In this document: piece after piece, positions 1-9,631 of the stretch | Layout of the letters: each line of letters opens with the position of its first letter | Position numbering within the stretch: position 1 is the stretch's first letter | Source: Longimicrobiales bacterium | GTDB lineage: Bacteria; Gemmatimonadota; Gemmatimonadetes; Longimicrobiales; Gaopeijiaceae | Assembly (NCBI GenBank): GCA_965243805.1 | Contig: OZ251577.1 | Span: forward strand, 839,344-903,343 | Direction: 5' to 3' | Length of the DNA stretch: 64,000 nt | Position numbers and translations under genes: made by a program | The notes under the pieces: generated by a model | What the model saw: only the letters and a program-made list of their open reading frames with translations | What the model was told of the DNA's origin: nothing | Database searches by the model: none

Positions 1-186
1 GGTCCGTTCAACTTCGAGACCTCCGCGTCTCCCTTCGTCCAGATCGATCCGACGGGGGTGGCGTGCCACCTGATCTCGGGGCTCTGCCAGCAGGCTCTCC
101 GGGACGTGGTGGACCCGACGCTGGTGGTCACCTTGGTGGCGTGCGAGACCAAGGGCGACCCGTCGTGCAGGTGGACGCTGGCGGCC
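1..186 (+). CDS. 3' end of a CDS that starts upstream of the window (C-terminal 61 aa, Cys-containing, ends ...SCRWTLAA, TAG at 184-186)
   Basis: Frame 1 is open from the window edge to TAG at 184-186. It is convergent with the DUF420 gene. No family assignment is possible from 61 aa. Confidence 0.3.
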
Positions 187-617
187 TAGGCGGCCACGTG
201 GTAGAGCATCACGTACACCACCAAGCCCGTCACCGACACGTAGAGCCACATGGGGAAAGTCCAGCGCGCCAGCTTGCGGTGGGCCTTGAACCGGCGACGC
301 CGAACTAGGTAGAGGAGGCGTGCGATCATCGGCAGGACCACGACGGCCAAGGTCATGTGGCTGAACAGGATCGACAGGTAGGCGACGCGAAGCAGGTCGG
401 GGCCTTCGAAGCGGTGAGTGCCCGTCAGCGAAAAGCGTACCACGTAGAGGACCAGGAACAGCCCGGCCGCCGTCACCGCGCCCAGCATGCACTTTCGGTG
501 CGGCTCCAACTCCCGGCGTCGCACGAAGCGGAGCCCGGCCAGCAGGAACACGGCGCTCGACAGGTTGAGCCCTGCGTTCACCGCGGCCAGCCCGTCGGCG
601 AAGGCTTCGACCGTCAT
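186..617 (-). CDS. DUF420-family small membrane protein (about 143 aa). This family is often encoded next to ctaA or cox genes.
   Basis: The ORF 186..968 has its real start at the internal ATG (MTVEAFADGL...). The product is hydrophobic with multiple predicted TM helices, and its start overlaps the ctaA stop by 4 bp. Confidence 0.55.
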   Translation of the reverse strand: MTVEAFADGLAAVNAGLNLSSAVFLLAGLRFVRRRELEPHRKCMLGAVTAAGLFLVLYVVRFSLTGTHRFEGPDLLRVAYLSILFSHMTLAVVVLPMIARLLYLVRRRRFKAHRKLARWTFPMWLYVSVTGLVVYVMLYHVAA

Positions 618-1528
618 GGGGCCTCCTCGGCGTGGATGTTGCGCGGCCGGCGGGCTCGCTCCGCCATGGCGACGGCTAGCGTCAGGAGGATGGCCGCCAG
701 CAGGGTGTGGGCGGAGACCCAGGGCGCACCGAGCCGTTGGAGCACCGAGACGGCCCCCAGGAGCACTTGGGCGACCGCGACCCCCGCCATCGCCACGGCC
801 AGCCGCCGAGCCACCGGCTCCCGAACCCGGGCCAGCACCCGCCAAGCGTACCAGATAACCACCGCGACCACCACCACGGCCAGCACCCGGTGCTGGAAGT
901 GGATCGCCACGAGCGGATGCTCCAGCGGCGGAAGCAACCGACCCAGGCAGAGGGGAACGTCGGGACACGCCACGCCGGCGTCGGTGTGGCGCACCACGGC
1001 GCCGCCCGCCGACTGGAGGAAGACGAGGCCGCTGCCGGCGACTCCCATCCTACGCGCAACCCTCCGCTCGTTCTCCGTGCCCGGCCAGCCGGGACCAGCG
1101 CGCTGCAGCATCGACACGACCAGGATCAGGAAGGCGAAGGCCATGACCAAGTGGGAGGTGGAGATGGCGTCCGGCAGTTGGTAGACGACGGTGGCGCCGC
1201 CCAGCAGCGACTGGACCACGAGCAGCGTTACGCCGATCAGGCCGAGCCGGAAGAGGTCTCGCCGCTCCGGGAGCGTCCGCCGCACCACCACCACTGCACC
1301 CGCGAAGAGCAGGACCAGGACGCCGGCCCAGAGGCGGTGCAGGTGCTCCCAGAAGACGCCGCCGGTCATCTCGGGCATCATCGTGCCGAAGCAGGTGGGC
1401 CAGTCTGGGCAGGCCAAGCTGGAGTTGGTGGCATGCACCACGCTGCCCAGGAGCAACAGAGCCAGCGTCCACAGGAGCACGAAGAAGAGGAAGCGGCGCA
1501 CGAACCGGGCGTGTGGGCGTTCGGTCAC
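614..1528 (-). CDS. ctaA: Heme A synthase (CtaA/COX15 family), about 304 aa
   Basis: This is the C-terminal part of the 614..3493 ORF (VTERPHARF...), with a GTG start and multi-pass TM helices. The paired-Cys motif CPDWPTCFG and conserved His residues are typical of CtaA. The start overlaps the ACAD stop. Confidence 0.7.
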   Translation of the reverse strand: MTERPHARFVRRFLFFVLLWTLALLLLGSVVHATNSSLACPDWPTCFGTMMPEMTGGVFWEHLHRLWAGVLVLLFAGAVVVVRRTLPERRDLFRLGLIGVTLLVVQSLLGGATVVYQLPDAISTSHLVMAFAFLILVVSMLQRAGPGWPGTENERRVARRMGVAGSGLVFLQSAGGAVVRHTDAGVACPDVPLCLGRLLPPLEHPLVAIHFQHRVLAVVVVAVVIWYAWRVLARVREPVARRLAVAMAGVAVAQVLLGAVSVLQRLGAPWVSAHTLLAAILLTLAVAMAERARRPRNIHAEEAP

Positions 1529-3384
1529 TCGCTCGCTCCGACCTCCCCTTCGAGCCAGGCGTAGCGGCCGGCCTGGGCGGCCCGGGCGGTGCGGTAGACC
1601 GCGACGTCGTCGTTGCGGAAGACCTCCCGGAACCGGGCGGCGATCCGCCTCCGGGCCAGCCGGCACGCTTGGTCGGCCAGCTCGGTCGGGGTCGGGTCGT
1701 CGGGCCGCTCCTGGGCCAGCTTGATCGCCCGGACGCAGCACGACGCCATCACGAAGAGGTCGCAGCCGATGTCCACGATCCGCCCCAGGACCGCTTGGCG
1801 CTGCTCCAGCTTGGGGCCGAAGCGGACCATGCAGTGGAAGGTCGTCCTGGCCAGCCGTCTCGAGGCGCGATCGACGTAGCGCATGTGGGCGGCCAGGGGG
1901 CCGAAGTCGCGGTAGCGGGGCCAGCGTCCCCATCCCAGCCAGCGGGACGGGTACCAGACCGCGTAGTGGAGCACCGCGCGGAGCGCCGAAGCCGCCCGCC
2001 TGGCCACGGGCGCCCGAGCGTCGATCATCTCGCCGGCCGCCGCCAAGTGCTGGTCCACCGCCTCCCGTGCGATGAAGAGCCGCATGATCTCGCTGGTTCC
2101 CTCGAAGATCAGGTTGATCCGCGAGTCCCGCAGCGCACGCTCCAGCGGCGCTGGGTCCTCTCCCCGCTGCCGCAGCGAGTCCGCCGTCTCGTACCCCCGG
2201 CCGCCCCGGATCTGCACGGCGTCGTTCACCAGCTCCCACGCCTTCTCGCTGTGCCACAGCTTGGCCGACGCCGCTTCCAGGCGGATGTCCAGCTTCTTCG
2301 CATCCGAGATCGCCGCCGCCAGCACCACCGCCGCCTCCATGGCGTACGTCTCCGCCGCCATCCGCCCCAGCATCTGGGCCACGGCGTCGTGCTTCCCCAC
2401 GGGCCTGCCCCACTGGACCCTCTCCGCCGCCCACCGTCGGCAGGTCCGAAGGTACGACTTGGCCGCCGCTGTGCAGAACGCCGGCAACGCCAGCCGTCCC
2501 GTGTTGAGGGTGATCAGCGCCAGCTTGAGGCCCATCCCTTCGCCCCACAGCAGGTTCTCCCGGGGGACGATCACATCCTTGAAGCGGAGCACGCCGTTCG
2601 AAATCCCGTTCAGTCCCATGAAGCGGCACGGGTGGCCGTTCTCCACGCCGTCCCATGCGGTCTCCACGATGAAGGCGCTGATCGGGCGCTTCCCGCGCAC
2701 TCCCTCGCGGGGCGGCGTCCGCGCCATCACCACCAGCAGGTCCGCTCGGGGGCCGTTGGTCGTCCACAGCTTCTCGCCGTTGAGCACGTAGTGGCTGCCG
2801 TCCTCCGACGGCTGGGCGAAGGTGGACATGTTGGCCGGGTCCGACCCCACCATCGGCTCCGTGAGGGCGAACGCCGACAGCTCGCCCGACGCGGCCCGGG
2901 GCAGGTACTTGCGCTTCTGCTCCTCGGTGCCGAAGAGCACGAGGGGGGTGGGCACACCGATCGACTGGTGGGCCGACAGAAAGGCCGCCGTGGAGCCGCA
3001 CTCCGACGCCACGATCCCCAGCGCGCGGTTGTAGGACATCTGGGAGAGCCCTAGCCCGCCGTACTCCCGGGGGACCTTGATTCCGTACGCCCCGATCTCG
3101 GCCAAACCGTCCAGCACCGAGTCTGGCACCCACTGGTCTCGATCCACGGCGTCGCCGTCCACATGCTCCTCGACGAACGACGACAGCCGCTCCAGGAAGG
3201 GCGCGGCCCGGGCCGCCTCCTCCGGGTCCTGCGCCGGGTGCGGGTGGATCAGGTCGAGCGACAGCCGCCCGCCGAAGAGCTCCTTCATGAAGCTCCGCTT
3301 CCGCCAGCGGTCCTCCCGCGCCCCTTCCGCGACTGCTCGGGACTCGGCTGCGTCGCTGGTCGTGTTGCCAGTAGTCGTGCTCAT
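1525..3384 (-). CDS. Acyl-CoA dehydrogenase, long FadE-like form (619 aa)
   Basis: ACAD N-terminal, middle and C-terminal signatures are present (e.g. ...GIKVPREYGG..., TEPMVGSDPANMST, ...IFEGTSEIMRLFIARE). The ATG start overlaps the patatin stop (ATGA). Confidence 0.8.
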   Translation of the reverse strand: MSTTTGNTTSDAAESRAVAEGAREDRWRKRSFMKELFGGRLSLDLIHPHPAQDPEEAARAAPFLERLSSFVEEHVDGDAVDRDQWVPDSVLDGLAEIGAYGIKVPREYGGLGLSQMSYNRALGIVASECGSTAAFLSAHQSIGVPTPLVLFGTEEQKRKYLPRAASGELSAFALTEPMVGSDPANMSTFAQPSEDGSHYVLNGEKLWTTNGPRADLLVVMARTPPREGVRGKRPISAFIVETAWDGVENGHPCRFMGLNGISNGVLRFKDVIVPRENLLWGEGMGLKLALITLNTGRLALPAFCTAAAKSYLRTCRRWAAERVQWGRPVGKHDAVAQMLGRMAAETYAMEAAVVLAAAISDAKKLDIRLEAASAKLWHSEKAWELVNDAVQIRGGRGYETADSLRQRGEDPAPLERALRDSRINLIFEGTSEIMRLFIAREAVDQHLAAAGEMIDARAPVARRAASALRAVLHYAVWYPSRWLGWGRWPRYRDFGPLAAHMRYVDRASRRLARTTFHCMVRFGPKLEQRQAVLGRIVDIGCDLFVMASCCVRAIKLAQERPDDPTPTELADQACRLARRRIAARFREVFRNDDVAVYRTARAAQAGRYAWLEGEVGASE

Positions 3385-4622
3385 GGGCCTCGCGCTCCTT
3401 CCGCGGCGGCGTCTGGTCCGGCGGCCTGCTGTTCCGCGTCGCCTTCATCGGGCGCAACCAGAGCCTCCAGCTCGTCGCCACGAGCCTCGGCATCGGCTTC
3501 GCCCACGCGGATCAGCTCCTCCAAGTAGTCGGGCTGAAACATGATCATACTAAGGAAATCCGGAGCCTCCGTCTGCCGCGTGCCCAGTCCTCGGGTCAGA
3601 AACCGCAGTCCCTTGGGCAGGTCGGGCTCGTAGCGGTTGGCCAGCCGCCCCAGGTCGACGGAGGGGCGGATCGTGACCAGCTTCACTGGCCTCAGCCCTC
3701 CCCTGCGCTCCGGCGGCAGCTGATCGACCAGCGCGTTGATCCGGTCCAGCAGGTGGCCGTCCTGGTCCAGCACGTCCAGGAACACCGAGTTGAGCAGGAT
3801 GCCGGCGACCTGCGCTGGGGGAGGGTACCCTGTGACGGTGGGCACATCCGCCTCCGACGCCGTGCGCTCCCGACGAGTGCTGACCGCCAAGATCCGGCCC
3901 GCTCCCAGGTGCAGGGCGGGCGACAGCGGGGCCGTGAGACGGATGCCGCCGTCGCCGAACCAGTGGGGACCGATCCCGACGGCAGGAAAGACCAGCGGCA
4001 GCGCCGCCGACGCCATCACGTGGTCGATGGAGAGGGTGGTTGCCCGCGCTCGACGGTTGGGCCGCTGCCACTCCTGGATCTTGTGGCCTTGAGTCCACAT
4101 GACCGACTGGCCGGTGGAGTAGTTGGTGGTGCTCAGCGCAACGGCCTTCAGGCGACCCATACGGAGGTTGTAGTGGATCCCCGTCAGCTCTCCGTCCACC
4201 GCGTGGAGCGCTTCGGTCAGGTACGCCCGGAGCGGCGCCGTGTCCAGCAGGCCCCGTACCCGCGGGCTCGCCTTTCCGCCGCCGGAGATCAGCTGCCAGC
4301 CCCAGCGCGCCACATGACGAGCCAGCGACCACGGGTCGGTGCGGAAGACCTTCTCCGTCGTGAGGTCGGACCAGAGGTGGTGGAGTTCCTCGGCCGCCTG
4401 CTCGAAGGTGCCGTGGTGGGCGGCCAGGTGGGCCGCGTTGATCGCGCCCGCGCTCACTCCGGTGATGATCGGCACGTTCAGCCGCGGGAAGCGGAGCGCC
4501 AAGTGGCGGAGCACGCCCACCTGATACGCGGCCCGCGCCCCGCCGCCGCTCATGACGAACGCCAAGTCGCCGTGGCGCGCACGGGCGTCGTTGTCGGCCG
4601 AATCCACCTGAACCGGAGGCAT
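3381..4622 (-). CDS. Patatin-like phospholipase (413 aa)
   Basis: The GGGxR oxyanion motif (MSGGGARAAYQ), the GxSxG nucleophile (GVSAGA) and the catalytic DGG (FGDGGIR) are all present. The start is set at the internal ATG (MPPVQVDS); the upstream part of the 717-aa ORF is GC-rich read-through. Confidence 0.75.
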   Translation of the reverse strand: MPPVQVDSADNDARARHGDLAFVMSGGGARAAYQVGVLRHLALRFPRLNVPIITGVSAGAINAAHLAAHHGTFEQAAEELHHLWSDLTTEKVFRTDPWSLARHVARWGWQLISGGGKASPRVRGLLDTAPLRAYLTEALHAVDGELTGIHYNLRMGRLKAVALSTTNYSTGQSVMWTQGHKIQEWQRPNRRARATTLSIDHVMASAALPLVFPAVGIGPHWFGDGGIRLTAPLSPALHLGAGRILAVSTRRERTASEADVPTVTGYPPPAQVAGILLNSVFLDVLDQDGHLLDRINALVDQLPPERRGGLRPVKLVTIRPSVDLGRLANRYEPDLPKGLRFLTRGLGTRQTEAPDFLSMIMFQPDYLEELIRVGEADAEARGDELEALVAPDEGDAEQQAAGPDAAAEGARGP

Positions 4623-4892
4623 CCAGAAAGATACGATGGGCGCAACCTGATGGTTCGGGAGTAGCGGGAGGCTCTCACCCAGGACCCGGCGGGAACCATT
4701 CCCGGCCCAGCGTGTACACCCTAGTGGGAGCACCGAGGTCCAAGAGCACGAGATCGCCGGCGACTCCACCGACGACCTCTGTCGATGGGCTGTCAAAAAC
4801 TGACCTACCGTTTCGCAACCCAGAAAGTGTTTAAGAGGAGACGGCAAGCTTCGCATCCAACAAGGAGGGGCCCGAATGATGGAGAGAGCGAA

Positions 4893-5504
4893 ATGACGCC
4901 GCGTGGCCGCACCTCGGCGCGGAGGAAGGCGGTCCCCGACGCGCCCCAGAAGCCCAAGGTCGACGTCGAGCGGTTCCACGCCGGCGACCCAGTCCACATC
5001 AACGAGCTCCTCGCCGCAGCCGAGCCCGACTTGGTCCAGGTGATCCGGCCATGGGCCAAGGGAGACCAAGCCAAAGCTGACGATTTGCTGCAGGAGGCAC
5101 GGGTCCGCATCTACCGCAAGCGAGCCTCCTACTCTGGAGCCGGCTCGTTCTGGGGCTGGGCCGACAAGGTCTGCCTGAACGTCTGCCGCGCCTACGAGCG
5201 CTTGGCCGACCGGCACCCGATGGTGGCGATCGACGACTGTCACGAGATCGCCACCGACGCGCCGGACCCGGCGGAAGAACTGCTTCAACACGCCCGAGCG
5301 GAGGCACTCCACAAGGCGCTCGAAGAACTCGACCCACGGGAACGCGACGCGGCCGTAGCCCGCTACCTGGAAGGGCGGCCCACATGCGAGGTCGCCCGGA
5401 AGTTGGGAGTGACCAACAAGGTGGCCCGCACCCTGCTGGACCGCGCCCTCCGCAGACTCCGCCACTCGGAGGACGTGATGGAAATGATGCTGGACGAGGA
5501 GTAG
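4893..5504 (+). CDS. ECF-type sigma-70 family RNA polymerase sigma factor
   Basis: Region 2 (...LLQEARVRIYRKR...) and a region-4 HTH (...RPTCEVARKLGVTNKVARTLLDRALRRLR) are recognisable. An alternative start exists at 4785. The gene is divergent from the patatin gene. Confidence 0.7.
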   Translation: MTPRGRTSARRKAVPDAPQKPKVDVERFHAGDPVHINELLAAAEPDLVQVIRPWAKGDQAKADDLLQEARVRIYRKRASYSGAGSFWGWADKVCLNVCRAYERLADRHPMVAIDDCHEIATDAPDPAEELLQHARAEALHKALEELDPRERDAAVARYLEGRPTCEVARKLGVTNKVARTLLDRALRRLRHSEDVMEMMLDEE

Positions 5505-5515
5505 AGGCCAGGTCC

Positions 5516-6307
5516 ATGTCTCCCATTCTCGCACTGGAGTTGGACTCGCGACTTCGCAGACGGCTGCGGGTCGCTGTCCACGCCGGCTCCGCCCACGGCT
5601 TGGTGGACCGCGTCCGCTTCGCGACGGGCTGGAAGGACCTGCTGGACTTGGCGCTGCACCATCCCGATTCGCCAGCGTTCGTGGACCCCTCGTATCCGTC
5701 TGACACGGAAGCCGGGGACCCGGTGGCGTCGCTCCACCGGAAGGCTCCGGGTTGCCCGCTGGTCTGTTACGGGAAGACGGCAGCGAAGCGCATCGACTCC
5801 GCCATCGCGAACTCCGGGTTCGTCGCCCGCCTGACTCCTGGCGTCGACGACACCTTCGTGGCCATTGCCTCGACGGTGCTAGAGGTTGCCGATCACAGGT
5901 CGGTGTGCACTCTCGTCGGGGACCTGAGGAAGGTCGCCCGCGCTAGAGCGGCTGAAGGGCTACTCGAGCACATCGTCCGGGACACGGTCTTCCCCTGCTC
6001 GGTAAGCGCGCTCGCCGCCAACCTGGACACGAGCACGGCGATGCTACAGAGGCGGTGCCGTGGGTGGGGCATCCCGAAGCCCAAGAAACTGCTGTCGGTG
6101 GCACGCATCTATCACGTCCACAGGCTAGCCCGGTGGAGCAGCTGCTCCCCGAGGGCGGTCGCGCTTGCCCTGGGCTACTCCGCCTACTCCAACTACGCCC
6201 GGTCCGTCCGACGGGAAATGGAGTGCACGTCGTCAGAGGTCGTGCGGCGCGGCGGCGCACCCTACGTCGCGGAACGGCTGATCGCCGCTGTGAAGGGCGC
6301 CACATGA
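5516..6307 (+). CDS. Putative transcriptional regulator with an AraC-like HTH at the C-terminus (about 263 aa). Its position directly after an ECF sigma gene makes an anti-sigma or partner role possible.
   Basis: The internal ATG (MSPILALELD) starts 12 bp after the sigma-factor stop. The C-terminus (...LGYSAYSNYARSVRREMECTSSEV) resembles an AraC-type HTH. Confidence 0.4.
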   Translation: MSPILALELDSRLRRRLRVAVHAGSAHGLVDRVRFATGWKDLLDLALHHPDSPAFVDPSYPSDTEAGDPVASLHRKAPGCPLVCYGKTAAKRIDSAIANSGFVARLTPGVDDTFVAIASTVLEVADHRSVCTLVGDLRKVARARAAEGLLEHIVRDTVFPCSVSALAANLDTSTAMLQRRCRGWGIPKPKKLLSVARIYHVHRLARWSSCSPRAVALALGYSAYSNYARSVRREMECTSSEVVRRGGAPYVAERLIAAVKGAT

Positions 6308-6325
6308 CAGCCGCCAGACCAACCT

Positions 6326-6366
6326 CGGTTGCGCCATTCGGAGCCCCGGTTGCGCCATTCGGAGCC
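6326..6366. repeat. Tandem direct repeat, 2 copies of cggttgcgccattcggagcc (period 21), in an intergenic or promoter region
   Basis: Read directly from the sequence, upstream of the outer-membrane beta-barrel gene. Confidence 0.8.
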
Positions 6367-6576
6367 GCAGGTGTCGGAGAGGGACTTTGGGGAGGTGCCG
6401 TTTTTGATATGCCACAAGATGAGGTTGGCGGCATCGGTTTAAGCAAACGGCCAGGGCGCGTTCATCGGAGAAGCGCTACCACGACTCTTTGCTGCACCGC
6501 AGGGCCATGTGGCGGTCTTCGCAGATCCATATCCGCGCTTAGAGGTACATCTTCCCAACAACCAGGAGTCCTAGAC

Positions 6577-7239
6577 ATGACGAAATCCCGCTACACTTCG
6601 CTTCTGATCGTGGTCCTGGCAGCACTGGCATCCGCGAGCGAGCCCGAACCGGCGACCGCTCAGGTCGTGCTGGCTGTCCGGGGCGGCGCGTCGATGGCAA
6701 CGCTGGCCTACAAGTCCGCTCCCGGTGTCGACGTCGGCTACCGCCGAGGACTGGCCGTCGGTATGTCGGCAACCTACTACCCGAGAGAGAACATCGGGCT
6801 CAGGCTCGGCGGCGCCTTTGTCGCTAAGGGCGCCGTGGCCAGAATGGGGGAGCTCGAGAACCCCTTGAGCATCAACTATGTCGAGCTGTCCCCGATGTTC
6901 GACATCCGGGCAGTGGTCGGCGGGGGCGACCGGGAGATTTCGTTGCACCTGCTCGCGGGACCGACCGTGTCCCTCAAGCGGGCGTGCGAGAGCGAAATCC
7001 CGGGTGGCGGCACCAGGACGCGTTGCAAGGACCTCGAGCTGGACGTGGAGGCCCTGGATGTAGGCGCGACTGTGGGCGCAGGCTTGCAGTTTCAGCTTTC
7101 CAGAAGCTCCGCGGTGGCATTGTCCGTGGAGGCAATGTACACCCTCGGCTTGAGAGCAGTTCAGGACGCGGGAGGACGAAACCCTGCCAAGAATCGAGGC
7201 TTCGTCGCCCACACCGGCCTGAGCATCCCCGTCGGCTAG
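6577..7239 (+). CDS. Outer-membrane beta-barrel protein (OmpA-like / porin-family beta-barrel), 220 aa
   Basis: There is a signal peptide (MTKSRYTSLLIVVLAALASA) and alternating amphipathic beta-strands with a C-terminal aromatic. A good SD (aggag) lies 8 nt upstream of the ATG. Confidence 0.6.
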   Translation: MTKSRYTSLLIVVLAALASASEPEPATAQVVLAVRGGASMATLAYKSAPGVDVGYRRGLAVGMSATYYPRENIGLRLGGAFVAKGAVARMGELENPLSINYVELSPMFDIRAVVGGGDREISLHLLAGPTVSLKRACESEIPGGGTRTRCKDLELDVEALDVGATVGAGLQFQLSRSSAVALSVEAMYTLGLRAVQDAGGRNPAKNRGFVAHTGLSIPVG

Positions 7240-7267
7240 GCTAGGCTAGGCCGCCATCGAGCCGCTC

Positions 7268-9631
7268 ATGATCTCCTCGCCCACCGCATCAGTGCCGATC
7301 GCGCTCGTTTCGGCAGTCTTGCTGGCTGCCTGCCTGCTTCCATCTGCCGCCAGCGCCCAGCAGGGGTCCGTCGCAGGTCGGGTGCGGGCCGAAGACGGCG
7401 TTCCAGTGGCCGACGCCACGGTTCGCCTTCGCCTAGCGGCCGACTCGAGCGTGCGGCGGCTCACGGGCACGGACCGGCTGGGCTTCTTCGTCTTCCAGCG
7501 GGTAACCCCAGGGGAGTACCTGCTGACCGTTGCCCGGATCGGCTTCGGGCCTCGCACGGAGAGCGTGTCGGTGTCCGCCGCCCGGGACGCCCGCCTGGAC
7601 ATTGTGTTGTCCACGCAGGCCGTGGAGTTGGAGGGATTGGTGGTGGAGACCCGTCGCAGCCGTCGTCGCGAATGGTTCGAGGAGTCCGCTGGGGTGACGG
7701 TGGAGGAGCTGAACCGTGCGGAGATCAAGTCGATTCCGGGGATTGCCGAAGCCGATCCGATGCGGGCCGTGGAAGTATTGCCCGGCGTGGTCACCGTATC
7801 CGACTTCTCGTCGGCCTTCAACGTGCGGGGCGGCTCCGCGGACCAGAACCTCATCCTTCTGGATGGCGTCCCGATCATCAACCCCTTCCACTTGGCGGGC
7901 TTCTTTTCGGTCTTCAATGCCGACATGGTGGAGCGAGCCGAGCTTCGGTCCGGCGGCTTTCCAGCCGAGTACGGCGGGAGAGTGTCGTCGGTCCTTACGA
8001 TCGAGACGGACTTGGGCGACGGCGAGTTCGGAGTCGATTCGGGGTTGAGCCTGCTGGCGACCCGCGTGGCCGCCGGCGACGACTTGCCGGATGGTACCAA
8101 GGCGGCACTCGGCTTCAGCAGCGCTCGCTGGAGAGTCTCGGGTCGTCGGAGCTACTTCGACTTGTTATTGCCCGATCTGCCCTACTACCTGATGGACTTT
8201 CAGGGTGCCTTCGAGGCATGGACTCGAGGTGGACACCGGCTGAAGCTTACCGCGTATTCGGGACGCGACGTGCTGAACCCGCCGGCCAGCGACGACTTTG
8301 CAGGCATGAATTCGCGCTGGGGCAACGACGCCGTCGGCGCGTCGTGGACTCGCCCCATGAGCGGCGGCGGGGCGTTCGATCTGCGCGCCTCGTTCTCGCG
8401 CTTCCACATGGACTTCGACTTCTTTGACCAGTCCGACACTGACATCGCCAACGGCGTCAGCGAGTCCTTGTTCGGGGTCGACTTGGAGCGTCGCCCGACG
8501 CCCCGCATCCGCTGGAAGTCCGGGCTCTCGGCAAAGCGCGCCACATCCGACAACCTTTCGGAGATCGGCGGAGCGGTGCTACAAGATCAGCACTTCGGCG
8601 GCTGGGAGTTGGGAGCTTATACCCAGATGCGCTGGAACCCGAGTTCCCGCTGGTTGATCGAAGGCGGCGTGCGTGTGGACTACTGGGCGCCCAGCGAGTC
8701 CCAGGAGAGGGTCGCCGGCGAGTCCTCGAACATCGTCACGGTGTCGCCACGAGGGGCCGTCAAGCGCTTCGTCGGCAACGGCAACTGGGCCGTCCGCGTG
8801 GCAGGGGGCCGCTTCACCCAGTTTCTGCACTCGCGACGAGACGAACGGCTGCCCTTCGGCATCGACGTCTGGTTGCTGGCCGAGCGTGGCGTTACCCATG
8901 TCGTCTCGGACCAAGTCCAGATGGGAGTCGAAGGCTACTTCGGTCCCGACGAGGAATGGTCCGTGTCGGCAGAGGGCTACTACCGCAGCTTCGACGGCGT
9001 GATTGCGCAGAACAACACCGAGGACCCCGCCGATCCCATGGACGATGTGGTCTCCGGCGACGGATCGTCCTACGGTGCGGACCTGATGGTGCGCAAGTCC
9101 GAAGGAGAGACGACCGGCTGGGTCTCCATCTCTTTTCTGAAGGCGATCCGCCGGTTCCCGGACACGTACTCCAGCTTGACGCCAACGCCGATCGTGGAGC
9201 ATCCGCCAGTGTTCGACCAGCGCGTCGAGGTGGACTTGGTGCTGCGACGGCCGATGGGCTGGGGCTTGGTGGGCGGCCTGCGCTGGAACTTCGGCACTGG
9301 CCTCCCCTACACGCTGCAGCTGGCCTCCTTCCGCCACTTCGACAACCGGGTGGCAGACTTGCTCGTGGAGAAGGGATGTTGCCAGAAAGGCATTCTCCTG
9401 GGACCCCTCAATGGCGAACGCTACCCGGCGCGTCACAGGCTGGACATCAGTCTGCGCAAGCCCATGGACCGAAGCTGGGGACGCGTTGTCCCCTACCTGA
9501 GCGTGATCAATCTCTACAACCGGGACAACATCCTCTTCTATGTCTTCGACTACAGCCAAGCCGAAGTGGGTCGGCGGGGCATCTCCATGATTCCCTTCCT
9601 GCCCACAGCCGGCGTGGAGGTGACGTTTTGA
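7268..9631 (+). CDS. TonB-dependent receptor with an N-terminal carboxypeptidase-regulatory-like domain (787 aa)
   Basis: It has a signal peptide, a CarbopepD_reg-like beta-sandwich (GSVAGRV...TVRL), a plug domain (DGVPIINPF) and a C-terminal barrel ending in ...VEVTF. Confidence 0.8.
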   Translation: MISSPTASVPIALVSAVLLAACLLPSAASAQQGSVAGRVRAEDGVPVADATVRLRLAADSSVRRLTGTDRLGFFVFQRVTPGEYLLTVARIGFGPRTESVSVSAARDARLDIVLSTQAVELEGLVVETRRSRRREWFEESAGVTVEELNRAEIKSIPGIAEADPMRAVEVLPGVVTVSDFSSAFNVRGGSADQNLILLDGVPIINPFHLAGFFSVFNADMVERAELRSGGFPAEYGGRVSSVLTIETDLGDGEFGVDSGLSLLATRVAAGDDLPDGTKAALGFSSARWRVSGRRSYFDLLLPDLPYYLMDFQGAFEAWTRGGHRLKLTAYSGRDVLNPPASDDFAGMNSRWGNDAVGASWTRPMSGGGAFDLRASFSRFHMDFDFFDQSDTDIANGVSESLFGVDLERRPTPRIRWKSGLSAKRATSDNLSEIGGAVLQDQHFGGWELGAYTQMRWNPSSRWLIEGGVRVDYWAPSESQERVAGESSNIVTVSPRGAVKRFVGNGNWAVRVAGGRFTQFLHSRRDERLPFGIDVWLLAERGVTHVVSDQVQMGVEGYFGPDEEWSVSAEGYYRSFDGVIAQNNTEDPADPMDDVVSGDGSSYGADLMVRKSEGETTGWVSISFLKAIRRFPDTYSSLTPTPIVEHPPVFDQRVEVDLVLRRPMGWGLVGGLRWNFGTGLPYTLQLASFRHFDNRVADLLVEKGCCQKGILLGPLNGERYPARHRLDISLRKPMDRSWGRVVPYLSVINLYNRDNILFYVFDYSQAEVGRRGISMIPFLPTAGVEVTF

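Noticed and set aside
614-3493. 959-aa ORF on the minus strand spanning ctaA, the ACAD gene and beyond
   Set aside because: Only the last 304 aa (heme A synthase) are protein-like. The rest is Gly/Arg/Pro-rich read-through antisense to the ACAD frame, which is typical of a high-GC artefact.
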